A stretch of 32,000 bases of DNA, taken from contig AE017199.1 of assembly GCA_000008085.1 (NCBI GenBank), forward strand, positions 150,001 to 182,000. The letters are read 5' to 3'. Made by a program: the position numbers and the translations under genes. The notes beneath the pieces were generated by a model that was not told where the DNA came from, did not search any database, and was given only the letters and a program-made list of their open reading frames with translations. This stretch comes from Nanoarchaeum equitans Kin4-M. Its GTDB lineage: Archaea; Nanobdellota; Nanobdellia; Nanobdellales; Nanoarchaeaceae. Below are positions 1-12,030 of the stretch, in pieces; the stretch's first letter is position 1; each line of letters opens with the position of its first letter.

Positions 1-581
1 CCAACCAAATTCGGGGATAAATTAGTTCTAATAACATAGTATAGAACAATGTTTATAACCAAAGACATAGTTACCATCCCTAATAGAATGGGTGATATCT
101 CATTGTAAAAAGTGGAAAAATCAATCTTCTTACCCCTACTTTCATATAAAGTTGCTAACAATATTAAAAAGTAAGCTAATACTAATAATAAACCATCTAA
201 TTCTGTTATTATTCCATCAACTACTGCTAAGAATGGCAAAAACAAAGCAAAAACTATTAAATCTAAATAGCCTTCTATATGTTTAAGGGAAACTTCTTTT
301 TTCCCTTTTATATAATAGATTAACATAGAGAATACTACTCCAAACAATGCAGAAGTAGTAATTATGTATAATGGAGTTTTATAATTAAAAATGTTGTTGC
401 CGAATACGATTAATAACAACTCTGGGATAGACATTATCAAAGAGGCTAAAACGAAACCCGATAAATGCTCTAACATGTTTACTTTTTTTAGGAACGATTT
501 TATCGATACTGTTACTAAAGAACTGGCCAAAGCAACAACGAAAGAGGATAAAACTATGTTAATAAATATATTATAGTCCAT
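1..581 (-). CDS. Multi-pass membrane protein, possibly sodium/calcium exchanger (CaCA) family; 3' end outside window
   Basis: Reverse frame open from ATG at 581 to window edge (MDYNIFINIVLSSFVVALASSLVTVSIKSFLKKVNMLEHLSGFVLASLIMSIPELLLIVFG...); hydrophobic segments and a G-x-x-L-A-S-x-x-x-S-x-P-E-L exchanger-like motif; TATA TTTAAA 23.5 bp upstream. Not in the ORF track because partial. Confidence 0.5.
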   Translation of the reverse strand, partial: MDYNIFINIVLSSFVVALASSLVTVSIKSFLKKVNMLEHLSGFVLASLIMSIPELLLIVFGNNIFNYKTPLYIITTSALFGVVFSMLIYYIKGKKEVSLKHIEGYLDLIVFALFLPFLAVVDGIITELDGLLLVLAYFLILLATLYESRGKKIDFSTFYNEISPILLGMVTMSLVINIVLYYVIRTNLSPNLV

Positions 582-627
582 TTTATATTTAGCAATAGAT
601 ATTTAAATTTTGATCACACCAAAGCAT

Positions 628-831
628 ATGATAGATATATCTAAAATAAAATTGCCCAAAAACATCGATATTAAACAAATCAAGGAATTGCCTAAAAAAA
701 TACCCATAAAGGTAAATCTTAAAACGGATTTGGTTAAAATAAACAAAGATAAAGGGACTATCTATATTAACGACAAAAAAATAAAAGAGAAGCTATCAAA
801 TTTGCTCTCTAAGATCCCCTTTAAGAAATAA
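628..831 (+). CDS. Small Lys/Ile-rich hypothetical protein (67 aa from refined start)
   Basis: ORF MIDISKIKLPKNIDIKQI...; start moved from 610 to ATG 628, which lies 23.5 bp from TTTAAA (602-607). Confidence 0.5.
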   Translation: MIDISKIKLPKNIDIKQIKELPKKIPIKVNLKTDLVKINKDKGTIYINDKKIKEKLSNLLSKIPFKK

Positions 832-1422
832 CACATTAATATAATGTTTTTTCTTTGTGTGGAAAAAATATATGGGCTTTATTGGAAATTGGTACCTTTT
901 TATTATTTTAATATCGTAATCCTTTAACTTTTTTAGTTTTTTATATTGCGATTCCTCCCATAATAAATATACAGTTTTGGGCTTGTTTTTTTCTATAAAA
1001 TGAAAAAACTTTCTATATTCATTGCTATTGTGCCCAAATGGTGGGTTAGCAATCACATTTTCTATATTTAATTCCAAATCGCCCACATCTTTTATTAATA
1101 TTTCTACATTATTTAAACCCAAAAGTTCCTTGTTTTTATATAATATTTCTTCTTGCTCAGGATCTTTTTCTATTAAATATACTTTATTCCAACCCACTAG
1201 GGCTAAAGCTAATCCTAATATGCCATTGCCAGAACCCAAATCTGCTATTTCATCTCCAATAGGTATAGCCCACGCTATATCTGCAGCTATTTCAGAAGGG
1301 GTTTGGTATTGCTCCAATTCATATTTAGGATTTTTTATAGGAAGTAGTTTAGATAATATTATCGCTAGTTCTTTCTTGGATAGCTTTCTCGATTCTAATG
1401 ATGGTTTCTCTTTCTTCATCAT
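796..1422 (-). CDS. METTL5-like / archaeal RNA N6-adenine methyltransferase
   Basis: PKYELEQYQTPSEIAADIAW, ADLGSGNGILGLALALVG (SAM motif I), NPPFG catalytic motif. Confidence 0.8.
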   Translation of the reverse strand: MMKKEKPSLESRKLSKKELAIILSKLLPIKNPKYELEQYQTPSEIAADIAWAIPIGDEIADLGSGNGILGLALALVGWNKVYLIEKDPEQEEILYKNKELLGLNNVEILIKDVGDLELNIENVIANPPFGHNSNEYRKFFHFIEKNKPKTVYLLWEESQYKKLKKLKDYDIKIIKRYQFPIKPIYFFHTKKKHYINVLFLKGDLREQI

Positions 1423-1945
1423 CCAAATATTGCCTTATCTCCTTTATATGTCTCTCTACATTTGGTATTAGTTTTTTCTCCAAATAGAGTTTTTTTCTTT
1501 TGGTTTTACCTATCTCTACTAATAATTTTCTAACTGCATCCTCTTCGCTAGCAATTTTTAATATTATTTCTATGGCCTTTTTAAGCTCTTCACTAGCCTT
1601 TTTAAGGTTTTCATCTATATAATAATGAGGTTGCTCTTTAACATTACTCTCCAAATCGAATACTTTAACTCCCATTATGTTTATGGTTTTAGTTTTTATG
1701 GAATAATCTAAAACATCTAAGGAAGAGTATAAAATACCTCTACTTGTTGCGAACTTAAAATAATGGTCATACATGCTTTTTATAATAGGTTGGAGTTCTT
1801 TTCTATATTGTTTTATCTTTTTTAATCTTTTTATTAATTCGAAAACCAAAACATTGAGCTTTTTTTCTAAAATAGATTGGCCCTTTTTGTATAGTTTTAA
1901 CTTTCTTTTTAATTCAATTAGAGTTGTTTTATTCTTGGCATACAC
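1349..1945 (-). CDS. atpD: V/A-type ATP synthase subunit D
   Basis: 198-aa Lys/Leu coiled-coil protein with N-terminal and C-terminal helices typical of subunit D; GTG start 23.5 bp from TTTAAA (1966-1971). Confidence 0.75.
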   Translation of the reverse strand: MYAKNKTTLIELKRKLKLYKKGQSILEKKLNVLVFELIKRLKKIKQYRKELQPIIKSMYDHYFKFATSRGILYSSLDVLDYSIKTKTINIMGVKVFDLESNVKEQPHYYIDENLKKASEELKKAIEIILKIASEEDAVRKLLVEIGKTKRKKLYLEKKLIPNVERHIKEIRQYLDDEERETIIRIEKAIQERTSDNII

Positions 1946-1965
1946 CTATTATTTATAGAAAAATT

Positions 1966-1971
1966 TTTAAA
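1966..1971. promoter_or_regulatory. TATA box apparently shared by atpD (-) and tRNA-Trp (+)
   Basis: TTTAAA palindrome centred at 1968.5; 23.5 bp to GTG 1945 and 23.5 bp to tRNA G1 at 1992. Confidence 0.7.
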
Positions 1972-1991
1972 TATCTATCTATTGCAATCTC

Positions 1992-2078
1992 GGGGCCGTA
2001 GCTCAGCCAGGCAGAGCGGCGGATTCGAAGCCGAAGCTCCAGACCCGTAGGTCGGGGGTTCGAATCCCCCCGGCCCCA
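1992..2078 (+). tRNA. tRNA-Trp (CCA) with 13-nt intron at 2023-2035 (position 30/31)
   Basis: GGGGCCG/CGGCCCC acceptor, GCTC/GAGC D-stem, GGGGG-TTCGAAT-CCCCC T-arm; removing 2023-2035 restores GCGGG-CTCCAGA-CCCGT anticodon arm; relaxed BHB CGGC/GCCG with GG|A and AA|G cut sites. Confidence 0.92.
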
Positions 2079-2109
2079 GGCTCTTTAAAATAATAAAATA
2101 TTTTTCCAA

Positions 2110-3540
2110 GTGTGGGCAATTGTTGAAAAGGTTGTCCAAAAGTTGCCTACAATAAAAAAACCAAAATATTTAACTAATTTGGATAGATTAAAATGGAGCG
2201 CAATCGCAGTTATTTTATATCTTTTATTGTCTTATACCCCATTAATTGGGGTTTCTCAAACTGGGGCCGGAGTATTTGAGGAATTGGTAGTTTTATTAGG
2301 AGCGAGCTTTGGATCTATAGTTTCTTTAGGTATAGGCCCCATAATAATAGGTTATCTATTGGCAGAACTATTTATTGGATCTGGAGAGCTAAATATAGAT
2401 ATAACCACAGAGGAAGGCAAAAGAAAATTCGAGAATTTAGCTAGATTTTTTATGATAGTTTTTGGTTTGTTTGAATCTATAGTAATGGCCACAATAGGTT
2501 GGTTTAAGCCTTCTCAATTTTTAATATCTTTATTTGCAATGCCTTTTTCTTTTTTAGGAAGTAACGCCTTCTTAATAGGTTATATTTTAGCAGTTTTATT
2601 TATTGTTGCACAATTAATGTTGGGAGTAATATTAGCTTATTTATTAGATGATTTGTCTCAAAAATGGGGTTTTACCTCTGGGATCAATTTATTTATATTA
2701 GCCACAGTATCGAGAGAATTGTTTGTGCAATTGTTTAACCCATTGACACAAATCCCTGGGACTCCTACTCCTCCAATAGGTAAAATCCCCCAAATCTTTT
2801 ATTTCATATCCCAAGGTTTATACACAGAAGCGATAGTAGTAGGGTTGCAACTATTAGTTATAGTTTTAGTAATATTATTGTCGGTCTATTTTTATATGGT
2901 TAAAATACCAATTCCAACGAGTTTCGGTAAAATTCCTGAAAAAAGCTTAAGATACGAAGTTAGATTGATATACACTGGGAATATCCCAGTTATATTCGCT
3001 TTCGCATTTTTACATCAAATATTATTAATAGCATGGGTTTTGCAGCAATTGGGAATACCATTATTAGGCACAATAGAGAATGGCCATCCCATTAATGGAT
3101 TGGTAGCCTACATTTATCCCGATACAGGCTTTCTAATATCTTTAATTTTGGGTAATCTTACTTTAGATAATTTAATAAGAACTATAACTTCTTCGCTATT
3201 CTTTTTAGGTTCATCAATATTGTTTAGTATATATTTTGTATTAGCCACTGGCCAAGATTCTGAAGGTTTAGCAAAACAATTATCAAAAATGTTTGGAAGG
3301 ATAGGACTAAAAAGGGATTATAGAATAATAAAGCATTATTTGGATAAAATAATTCCTTGTGTAACCGTATTAGGTGGTTTCATTGTTGGATTTTTGGCTT
3401 TGCTAAGTTATTGGGTTTCTATCCCAATTGGAGGGACATCGATATTGTTAGCAACGATGATATCTTATATGGTGTATGAACAATTGAAAGAAACAGGGAT
3501 ACTTAAAGAATTAACGCAAATCATTTCTAAACTAGAATAA
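2110..3540 (+). CDS. secY: Preprotein translocase subunit SecY
   Basis: 476-aa multi-TM protein with SecY signatures; GTG start 23.5 bp from TTTAAA (2084-2089). Confidence 0.93.
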   Translation: MWAIVEKVVQKLPTIKKPKYLTNLDRLKWSAIAVILYLLLSYTPLIGVSQTGAGVFEELVVLLGASFGSIVSLGIGPIIIGYLLAELFIGSGELNIDITTEEGKRKFENLARFFMIVFGLFESIVMATIGWFKPSQFLISLFAMPFSFLGSNAFLIGYILAVLFIVAQLMLGVILAYLLDDLSQKWGFTSGINLFILATVSRELFVQLFNPLTQIPGTPTPPIGKIPQIFYFISQGLYTEAIVVGLQLLVIVLVILLSVYFYMVKIPIPTSFGKIPEKSLRYEVRLIYTGNIPVIFAFAFLHQILLIAWVLQQLGIPLLGTIENGHPINGLVAYIYPDTGFLISLILGNLTLDNLIRTITSSLFFLGSSILFSIYFVLATGQDSEGLAKQLSKMFGRIGLKRDYRIIKHYLDKIIPCVTVLGGFIVGFLALLSYWVSIPIGGTSILLATMISYMVYEQLKETGILKELTQIISKLE

Positions 3541-3546
3541 ATTTAA

Positions 3547-6382
<2,836 letters not shown>

Positions 6383-6421
6383 TGAAAATTTTTAAAAAGG
6401 TTATCTAAATATCTTAGTTTT

Positions 6422-7468
6422 TTACTTTCTAGTGCTAAAGGGTCTAAATATTGTGTTAAACTTATTCGGTATAGCTTCCTTGTAATTACTAATTGGAATA
6501 CCCTTATATGAAATTATGCTAGTACTAACATTTGGGTTTATGCTATTGTAGGACATAGAATTGGATATGTTCTCCCAATAGAGCGAGATGTAAAAAGTAT
6601 AAGTTTTATCTTTCGTTAAGCTATCAAAATAGACCCCTATTTTGTTTGATGGTATGTTATTACAGTTATTCCCATTCCAATAGCAGAATTTTAATATTTT
6701 ATCGTTATAGACTATTATATAAGCATCGCTCAACCATGTTGGTAAGCTAACATTTACCAATACATTACTATAATTGTTGTTTACGGTAAACGTAACTTTG
6801 TAGCTATATAAACTGGCATTAGCTAATGTTAAATAAACATTCTGATTAGTGCTATAATACAAATCGCAGTTTATTCTATTAAATGGCATTAATAATCCTA
6901 TACCGATTGGTATAGAAGGTTTTTCAAAGAACCTAATTTCTTTAGCTTTTGTAATATTTATTGTTATGCTATCAAATTTTGATGCACTCAAATTCTGCTT
7001 TATTGTTAGATAAGAATTATAATTAGATGGGTCTATTTTATATACAAAAACGTTCTTGCCATTCTTAATAATCCAGTATTGCCCATTATAATTGTTGCCA
7101 TTAATATTGAAATGGCCATCTATGTATAAGGAACCAATAGTTAGATTTATGCTACAATTACCATATTCGCTCCAATTATCACAATAATATCTTTTTGGTA
7201 TAATTATTGGATAAAAATATTGACAAAAATTACTAGTTGTATCTATAAAAGGGGTCACAGTACCATATAAAAAGCTATATTCGTTCAAATTAATATGGCA
7301 ATTGCCTATACATAATAACTCTTGCAGAAAATAGTATGGGTAATATGGTTTTTCAATTTTTTGTTTTGGAAAAACCTCTATATAGTATTGGTTATGTATA
7401 TTCTGAAATATTATAGGCAAAGATAAAACCAATAAAGTAAAAGCAATTATATAGAATTGGCTCCTCAT
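6422..7468 (-). CDS. Secreted or membrane-anchored pilin-like / surface glycoprotein candidate
   Basis: N-terminal MRSQFYIIAFTLLVLSLPII hydrophobic helix resembling the QFFIIA archaeal pseudopilin-like start, Cys pairs, many N-x-S/T sequons; ATG 7468 overlaps the upstream TGA (ATGA). Confidence 0.5.
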   Translation of the reverse strand: MRSQFYIIAFTLLVLSLPIIFQNIHNQYYIEVFPKQKIEKPYYPYYFLQELLCIGNCHINLNEYSFLYGTVTPFIDTTSNFCQYFYPIIIPKRYYCDNWSEYGNCSINLTIGSLYIDGHFNINGNNYNGQYWIIKNGKNVFVYKIDPSNYNSYLTIKQNLSASKFDSITINITKAKEIRFFEKPSIPIGIGLLMPFNRINCDLYYSTNQNVYLTLANASLYSYKVTFTVNNNYSNVLVNVSLPTWLSDAYIIVYNDKILKFCYWNGNNCNNIPSNKIGVYFDSLTKDKTYTFYISLYWENISNSMSYNSINPNVSTSIISYKGIPISNYKEAIPNKFNTIFRPFSTRK

Positions 7469-8271
7469 CTTACATGAGGGTATTTCCATTGCATTGGTTT
7501 CTTTTTAATTAAAAAGTATGCAATATGTATTATATACATTAGTAAAACATATGGGGCAGTTATTAATAATAATAACTCATTTTTAATCGCTTTCCCGCTA
7601 AATCTCGCAAACCCTCTAAATGAAGTCCAAGCTCTCGCGGATAAAACAATATTGTGCTTTTTATGAAAAGTACTATTTAATCTATAATGGAAATCTAAAT
7701 CTTCTCCGGGCCAGAAGTTTCTAAAACCCCCTATAGCTTTTGCTTCCTTTGTTCTGCATGCAGTTAAATTAGTTAAACCAACTTTTGCTCCTAATAATGT
7801 GCCTAATTTCATTAAAGGAGAAAACAAAAATAACTGTAAGAAGTTTAATAACAAAATAGTTGGGATACTTAACCAATCTTTGTCATATTTTGGAGATATT
7901 AGCATTACTGGGTAATTGGTGCCATGGTTTGGGTGTTTTTTTAGATCTTCAATCATTTTCTCTATTGTATCTTCGCTTAAGGATACGTCTCCATCTATAA
8001 ATACGGTATATTCGCCTTTAGCATTGAATAAACCAATATTTCTTGCAATGCCTGCGCCTTTACCTGGGTCTTCTAGTATGCGCCATTCGAAAAATATTTT
8101 ATCTTTGTTTTTTTCCATGAATTCCTCTATTACTTTTCTCGTTGGATCATTTTTTGGAGTAACAAAAATAACCTCAAAATCTTTATATTTTTGTTTTAAC
8201 AAAGATTCAAGCAAATATTTTATATACTTTTCTTCCCTATATGCTATAACAACTATCGATGTTTCGACCAT
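7465..8271 (-). CDS. Family 2 glycosyltransferase, membrane anchored
   Basis: MVETSIVVIAYREEKYIKYLLESLLKQKYKDFEVIFVTPK, VFIDGDVSL (DxD), C-terminal TM helix; start refined from 8379 to ATG 8271. Confidence 0.88.
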   Translation of the reverse strand: MVETSIVVIAYREEKYIKYLLESLLKQKYKDFEVIFVTPKNDPTRKVIEEFMEKNKDKIFFEWRILEDPGKGAGIARNIGLFNAKGEYTVFIDGDVSLSEDTIEKMIEDLKKHPNHGTNYPVMLISPKYDKDWLSIPTILLLNFLQLFLFSPLMKLGTLLGAKVGLTNLTACRTKEAKAIGGFRNFWPGEDLDFHYRLNSTFHKKHNIVLSARAWTSFRGFARFSGKAIKNELLLLITAPYVLLMYIIHIAYFLIKKKPMQWKYPHVR

Positions 8272-8319
8272 TAAATAATATTTTTCCAAATTTTTAAAAA
8301 TCGTTTTTTGGAATACAAC

Positions 8320-9789
8320 GTGTATTCGAAATTGTTGATAAAAAAATATTATGAAGAACATCCAATTACTAGACCCCAATTAGATTCTTTTAATTGGCTA
8401 ATAGACCATGGTTTAAAAAGAATAATCCAAGAAGTAGGAAAAGTAGAATTCGAAGTAACTCCTGAAGGGGTTAAAGAAGCTTATTTAGTTGCTGTAGACA
8501 TAGAAGTTGGAAAAGCCCAAATAATAGATATACAAGGACCCAGGATAATATATCCCTACGAAGCTAGGTTAAGGCAATTAACTTACTCTGCTCCAGTTAG
8601 AGTTAGATTTCAATATTATGAGGATGGAGAATTAAAAGAAGATAGATGGGTTAAAATTGGAGAATTACCTGTAATGGTTAGAAGTAAAATATGTAATACC
8701 TATGGTCTAAGCGAAGAAGAGTTGTTAAAAGTTTACGAAGACCCATTAGACCCTGGGGGATATTTCATAATCAATGGGGTAGATAGAGTAATAGTAATGG
8801 AAGAAAATTTAGCACCTAATCAATTTTATGTGCAAGAAAACAATGGAGAATATGTAGGGAAAATGCTTTCTGTAAGGGGGGGAAGAAAAATACCAATAAC
8901 AATAGAATTGAAAAAAGATGGGATTTTGTATTTAACTTTCTCTAGGTTAGAAAATGTCCCATTGATACCATTCGTAAAAGTATTAGGTATAAAAGATAAT
9001 GAAATAGCTCAATACTTAGGTAATTACGAAGAGACTTTTATTAATTTATTAGAGTTTGCCGACCAAGATTATGAATCAATAATTCTAGGAAAAATTAAGA
9101 TACCAGGTTTAACAAAAGAAGAAAAACAAGCCAAATACGAAAGATTATATGAAATAGTGGATAACTATTTGTTACCCCATATTGGATATGATCCAAGCCT
9201 TAGAAGGTTAAAAGCAATAAACTTACTAAAGTATGCATCGAAATTATTAAAATTAGCCCATGGTGAAATAAAAGAAGATGATAGAGACCACTATATGAAT
9301 AAAAGAATTTTAATGGCTGGCGATTTAGTTGGGGAATTGTTTAGAAGTGCATTCTATGCACAATTGCAAAACTTAAAATACATCTATCAAAGGAATGCAA
9401 AAAGGAAAAAAATTACTTCTATAGAAGAATTCGTTTCAGTAGATGTATTCAATCAAAGGATAGAAACTGCTTTCGCTACAGGTCAATGGGTTGGAGGCAA
9501 AACAGGTATAAGCCAACTATTGGATAGAACTAACTATTTAGCTACAGTTTGGGCTTTGAATAGAGTTACCACATCTTTAGAGGAAGAGAATGAAATGATT
9601 GAAGCAAGAAGAACCCATGGTACACATTGGGGAAGGTTAGACCCTATAGATACTCCAGAAGACAAATCTATAGGATTAAGAAAAGCTTTGACTTTACTAT
9701 CTAAAATTACTGTTGATATAGAGGAAGAAAAAATTTTGCCCATAATAAAAGAGTTGGGTGCAAAATTAGAATATGAGAGAAATTCTTAA
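8320..9789 (+). CDS. rpoB2: DNA-directed RNA polymerase subunit B'' (N-terminal half of split RpoB)
   Basis: VYSKLLIKKYYEEHPITRPQLDSFNWLI, DPGGYFIINGVDRVIVMEE, DRDHYMNKRILMAGDLVGELFR, ARRTHGTHWGRLDPIDTPED; GTG start suggested by TATA spacing (track start TTG 8308). Confidence 0.9.
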   Translation: MYSKLLIKKYYEEHPITRPQLDSFNWLIDHGLKRIIQEVGKVEFEVTPEGVKEAYLVAVDIEVGKAQIIDIQGPRIIYPYEARLRQLTYSAPVRVRFQYYEDGELKEDRWVKIGELPVMVRSKICNTYGLSEEELLKVYEDPLDPGGYFIINGVDRVIVMEENLAPNQFYVQENNGEYVGKMLSVRGGRKIPITIELKKDGILYLTFSRLENVPLIPFVKVLGIKDNEIAQYLGNYEETFINLLEFADQDYESIILGKIKIPGLTKEEKQAKYERLYEIVDNYLLPHIGYDPSLRRLKAINLLKYASKLLKLAHGEIKEDDRDHYMNKRILMAGDLVGELFRSAFYAQLQNLKYIYQRNAKRKKITSIEEFVSVDVFNQRIETAFATGQWVGGKTGISQLLDRTNYLATVWALNRVTTSLEEENEMIEARRTHGTHWGRLDPIDTPEDKSIGLRKALTLLSKITVDIEEEKILPIIKELGAKLEYERNS

Positions 9790-10918
9790 ACTTGCACTAA
9801 AAAATATACAAAGGCGAAAGCTTAGGTCTTTGTTAACAACCATAGGAGTAACAATTGGAATAGGCGCAATAAACTATTTTTTGATATTGTCTAAAAGTTT
9901 AGAGTATGGAATAATTAATACATTCGAAAGTTTGGGAAAGGATAAACTTATTATTTTGCCAGGCAAAAGGGTTGGTTTTAGCTTTAGCACAGGGTGGTAT
10001 TTTTCTAAATCGATAGTAAATTCGATAGAGCATTTGCCTTCGATAAAATATGTTATTCCTGGGAAATTTGTAACTAGCACGATAGAACACAAAAATAAAC
10101 AATTGAATGTTGTAATATATGGCTTTCCTTTAGATAAAATGAGATTGTTAACACAATTGGGATATAACTTAAGAGAAGGGCGATTCCCTTCAAACAATAA
10201 AGAATGTGTTGTCGGTTATGGAGTATACAAAGATTTGTCTATAGAGATTGGCGATAAAATATCTAATAAATTCAAATGCAAAGTTGTAGGGATTTTAGAG
10301 CAAATAGGTAGCCAAAGAGAAGATTATACTTTAATAGTCAGCGAGAATGTTTTAGAGAAACATTATAATTTAAACCAATATAATTTTATTTTCGCTATAG
10401 CGAAAGACATTGATTTGGCAAAAAAAGAGTTATCGAAATTGTTAGATAAAACAATCAAAGATTATACTATTTTAACTACAGAACAATTAGCTAAAAGGTT
10501 TGCCTCTTTATTGGGATTCGTTTCCCTATTTATCAGTGCTATTGCCGGGATTAGCTTAATTAACGCCATAATAGGGATAATGAATACTATGTATATGGTT
10601 ATTACCGAGAGAATTAGTGAGATTGGCATATTAAGAGCGATTGGGGCTAAAAAAAGAGATATATTATTTTTGTTTTTGTTCGAAAGCGGTTTTCTATCCT
10701 TGGTTGGGGGTATAGTAGGTATAGCTATATCAACAATAATTGCATTGATAACTATAATAGTATTCAAATCCATGGGCTTTAAGGCTATATTTTATATTAA
10801 CCCATTGATTGTATTAGGATTATTGGTTTTATCTTTCGTTGTTGGAATTATAGCAGGTTTGTTACCATCTAAAAAAGCTTCTGAATTAGAACCAGTAAAA
10901 GCGTTAAGGAGAGTTTAG
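9773..10918 (+). CDS. ABC transporter permease, MacB/FtsX type
   Basis: [26 protein letters not shown]-terminus; C-terminal [41 protein letters not shown] motif. Confidence 0.88.
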   Translation: MREILKLALKNIQRRKLRSLLTTIGVTIGIGAINYFLILSKSLEYGIINTFESLGKDKLIILPGKRVGFSFSTGWYFSKSIVNSIEHLPSIKYVIPGKFVTSTIEHKNKQLNVVIYGFPLDKMRLLTQLGYNLREGRFPSNNKECVVGYGVYKDLSIEIGDKISNKFKCKVVGILEQIGSQREDYTLIVSENVLEKHYNLNQYNFIFAIAKDIDLAKKELSKLLDKTIKDYTILTTEQLAKRFASLLGFVSLFISAIAGISLINAIIGIMNTMYMVITERISEIGILRAIGAKKRDILFLFLFESGFLSLVGGIVGIAISTIIALITIIVFKSMGFKAIFYINPLIVLGLLVLSFVVGIIAGLLPSKKASELEPVKALRRV

Positions 10919-11685
10919 CTCCTTACTAATACCAATTTTCTTCTCTTTACTACTTTGTCTGGGTATACTATTACACCTTTGTCTGTTATTTCGAATGGGT
11001 GCCTTCTCATATCGTGTTTAGTACCCCTCATTTTCCATATTATTAGAGATCTTACCAACTCTCCATCTATTTCGTCTAAGTCTAATCTAATTATACCGTC
11101 TGCTGCATGTTCTACACCAGGGCCACCGAAACCTCTTTCTGCTACAGATACTTGGGATACGAAGAAAGCTGTAATACCAAAACCGCTAAAGACTTTCTTT
11201 AACATCATTACTATGTTTCTTGCTACACTTGGTTTGGTTAGATACAATGTTGTTACTGAATCTATTACGCCCCTAACTGGGGGTTTGCCAGTATTCTCTT
11301 CAATCCAAGAAATTGCTTCTTTTACTACATCAATTAGAGATCTAACATCTGTTGGATCTGGTACTACGAATCTTTCTCTTTCTGCTGCTCTGCCTATACC
11401 CCCAGTAAAGCCATCAATCATAGCAAACATGCCCTTTTCTTCATATGGTGTTGGATCCCAGCCGAAATTTTTCATGTTCTCTCTAACAGCGACTGGATGT
11501 TCTTCTAATGTTACATATATTCCTGGTTCTCCATTTTGTAAACCATAATAAATGTATTGTTGCGACATAATAGATTTACCAGTTCCAGGACCTCCAGCTA
11601 ACAATACTACATTTCTTTTTGGTATACCTCCATTCAATAGTTCGTCCATTCCAGGGATACCTGTTTTTACTCTTTGGATCGCCAT
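10915..11685 (-). CDS. KaiC/RadA-like RecA-superfamily ATPase
   Basis: [58 protein letters not shown]. Confidence 0.88.
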   Translation of the reverse strand: MAIQRVKTGIPGMDELLNGGIPKRNVVLLAGGPGTGKSIMSQQYIYYGLQNGEPGIYVTLEEHPVAVRENMKNFGWDPTPYEEKGMFAMIDGFTGGIGRAAERERFVVPDPTDVRSLIDVVKEAISWIEENTGKPPVRGVIDSVTTLYLTKPSVARNIVMMLKKVFSGFGITAFFVSQVSVAERGFGGPGVEHAADGIIRLDLDEIDGELVRSLIIWKMRGTKHDMRRHPFEITDKGVIVYPDKVVKRRKLVLVRS

Positions 11686-11732
11686 ACTATTTTTATAGTT
11701 AAGTATTTAAATATTTGATCTGACTAAATCGC

Positions 11733-11918
11733 ATGGCCCAGGTATGGAAATACTATGAAATAAAAGATGGCAAATTAATTAGAAAAAAGAAGGTTTGCCC
11801 AAGATGTGGGTCTTTTATGGCAGAGCATAAAGATAGATACCATTGTGGTAAATGCGGATATACAGAATGGAAAGTAGAAAGACCAAAAATTGTTATACAT
11901 GGAGCAACAATAGAATAA
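11733..11918 (+). CDS. rps27ae: 30S ribosomal protein S27ae
   Basis: 61 aa with [25 protein letters not shown] zinc ribbon. Confidence 0.93.
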   Translation: MAQVWKYYEIKDGKLIRKKKVCPRCGSFMAEHKDRYHCGKCGYTEWKVERPKIVIHGATIE

Positions 11919-11946
11919 TTTTTAAATTACTTCTATATTAGATACT

Positions 11947-12030
11947 GCGGCCGTGCCCGAGCGGTCGAAGGGGTCGGGCTTAGGACCCGATGGGTTAGTC
12001 CCGTCCGGGGTTCGAATCCCCGCGGCCGCA
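11947..12030 (+). tRNA. tRNA-Leu (TAG)
   Basis: GCGGCCG/CGGCCGC acceptor, TCGGG-CTTAGGA-CCCGA anticodon arm, long variable arm GGGTTAGTCCC, CGGGG-TTCGAAT-CCCCG; TTTAAA centre 23.5 bp upstream. Confidence 0.96.

Noticed and set aside
92-576. Plus-strand ORFs 92-286 and 391-576
   Set aside because: Antisense to a longer hydrophobic reverse-strand frame from ATG 581 with a well-placed TATA box.
2010-2043. Reading the 1992-2078 tRNA as uninterrupted with an anticodon in ATTCGAA
   Set aside because: No 5-bp anticodon stem or proper variable loop results; only removal of 2023-2035 gives a complete Trp cloverleaf.
8272-8379. Upstream extension of the GT2 ORF to 8379
   Set aside because: The extension crosses the shared promoter and the rpoB'' start; conserved MVETSIVVIAYRE begins at 8271.
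10955-11548. 197-aa plus-strand ORF antisense to the KaiC-like gene
   Set aside because: Shadow ORF; the opposite strand encodes clear Walker motifs.
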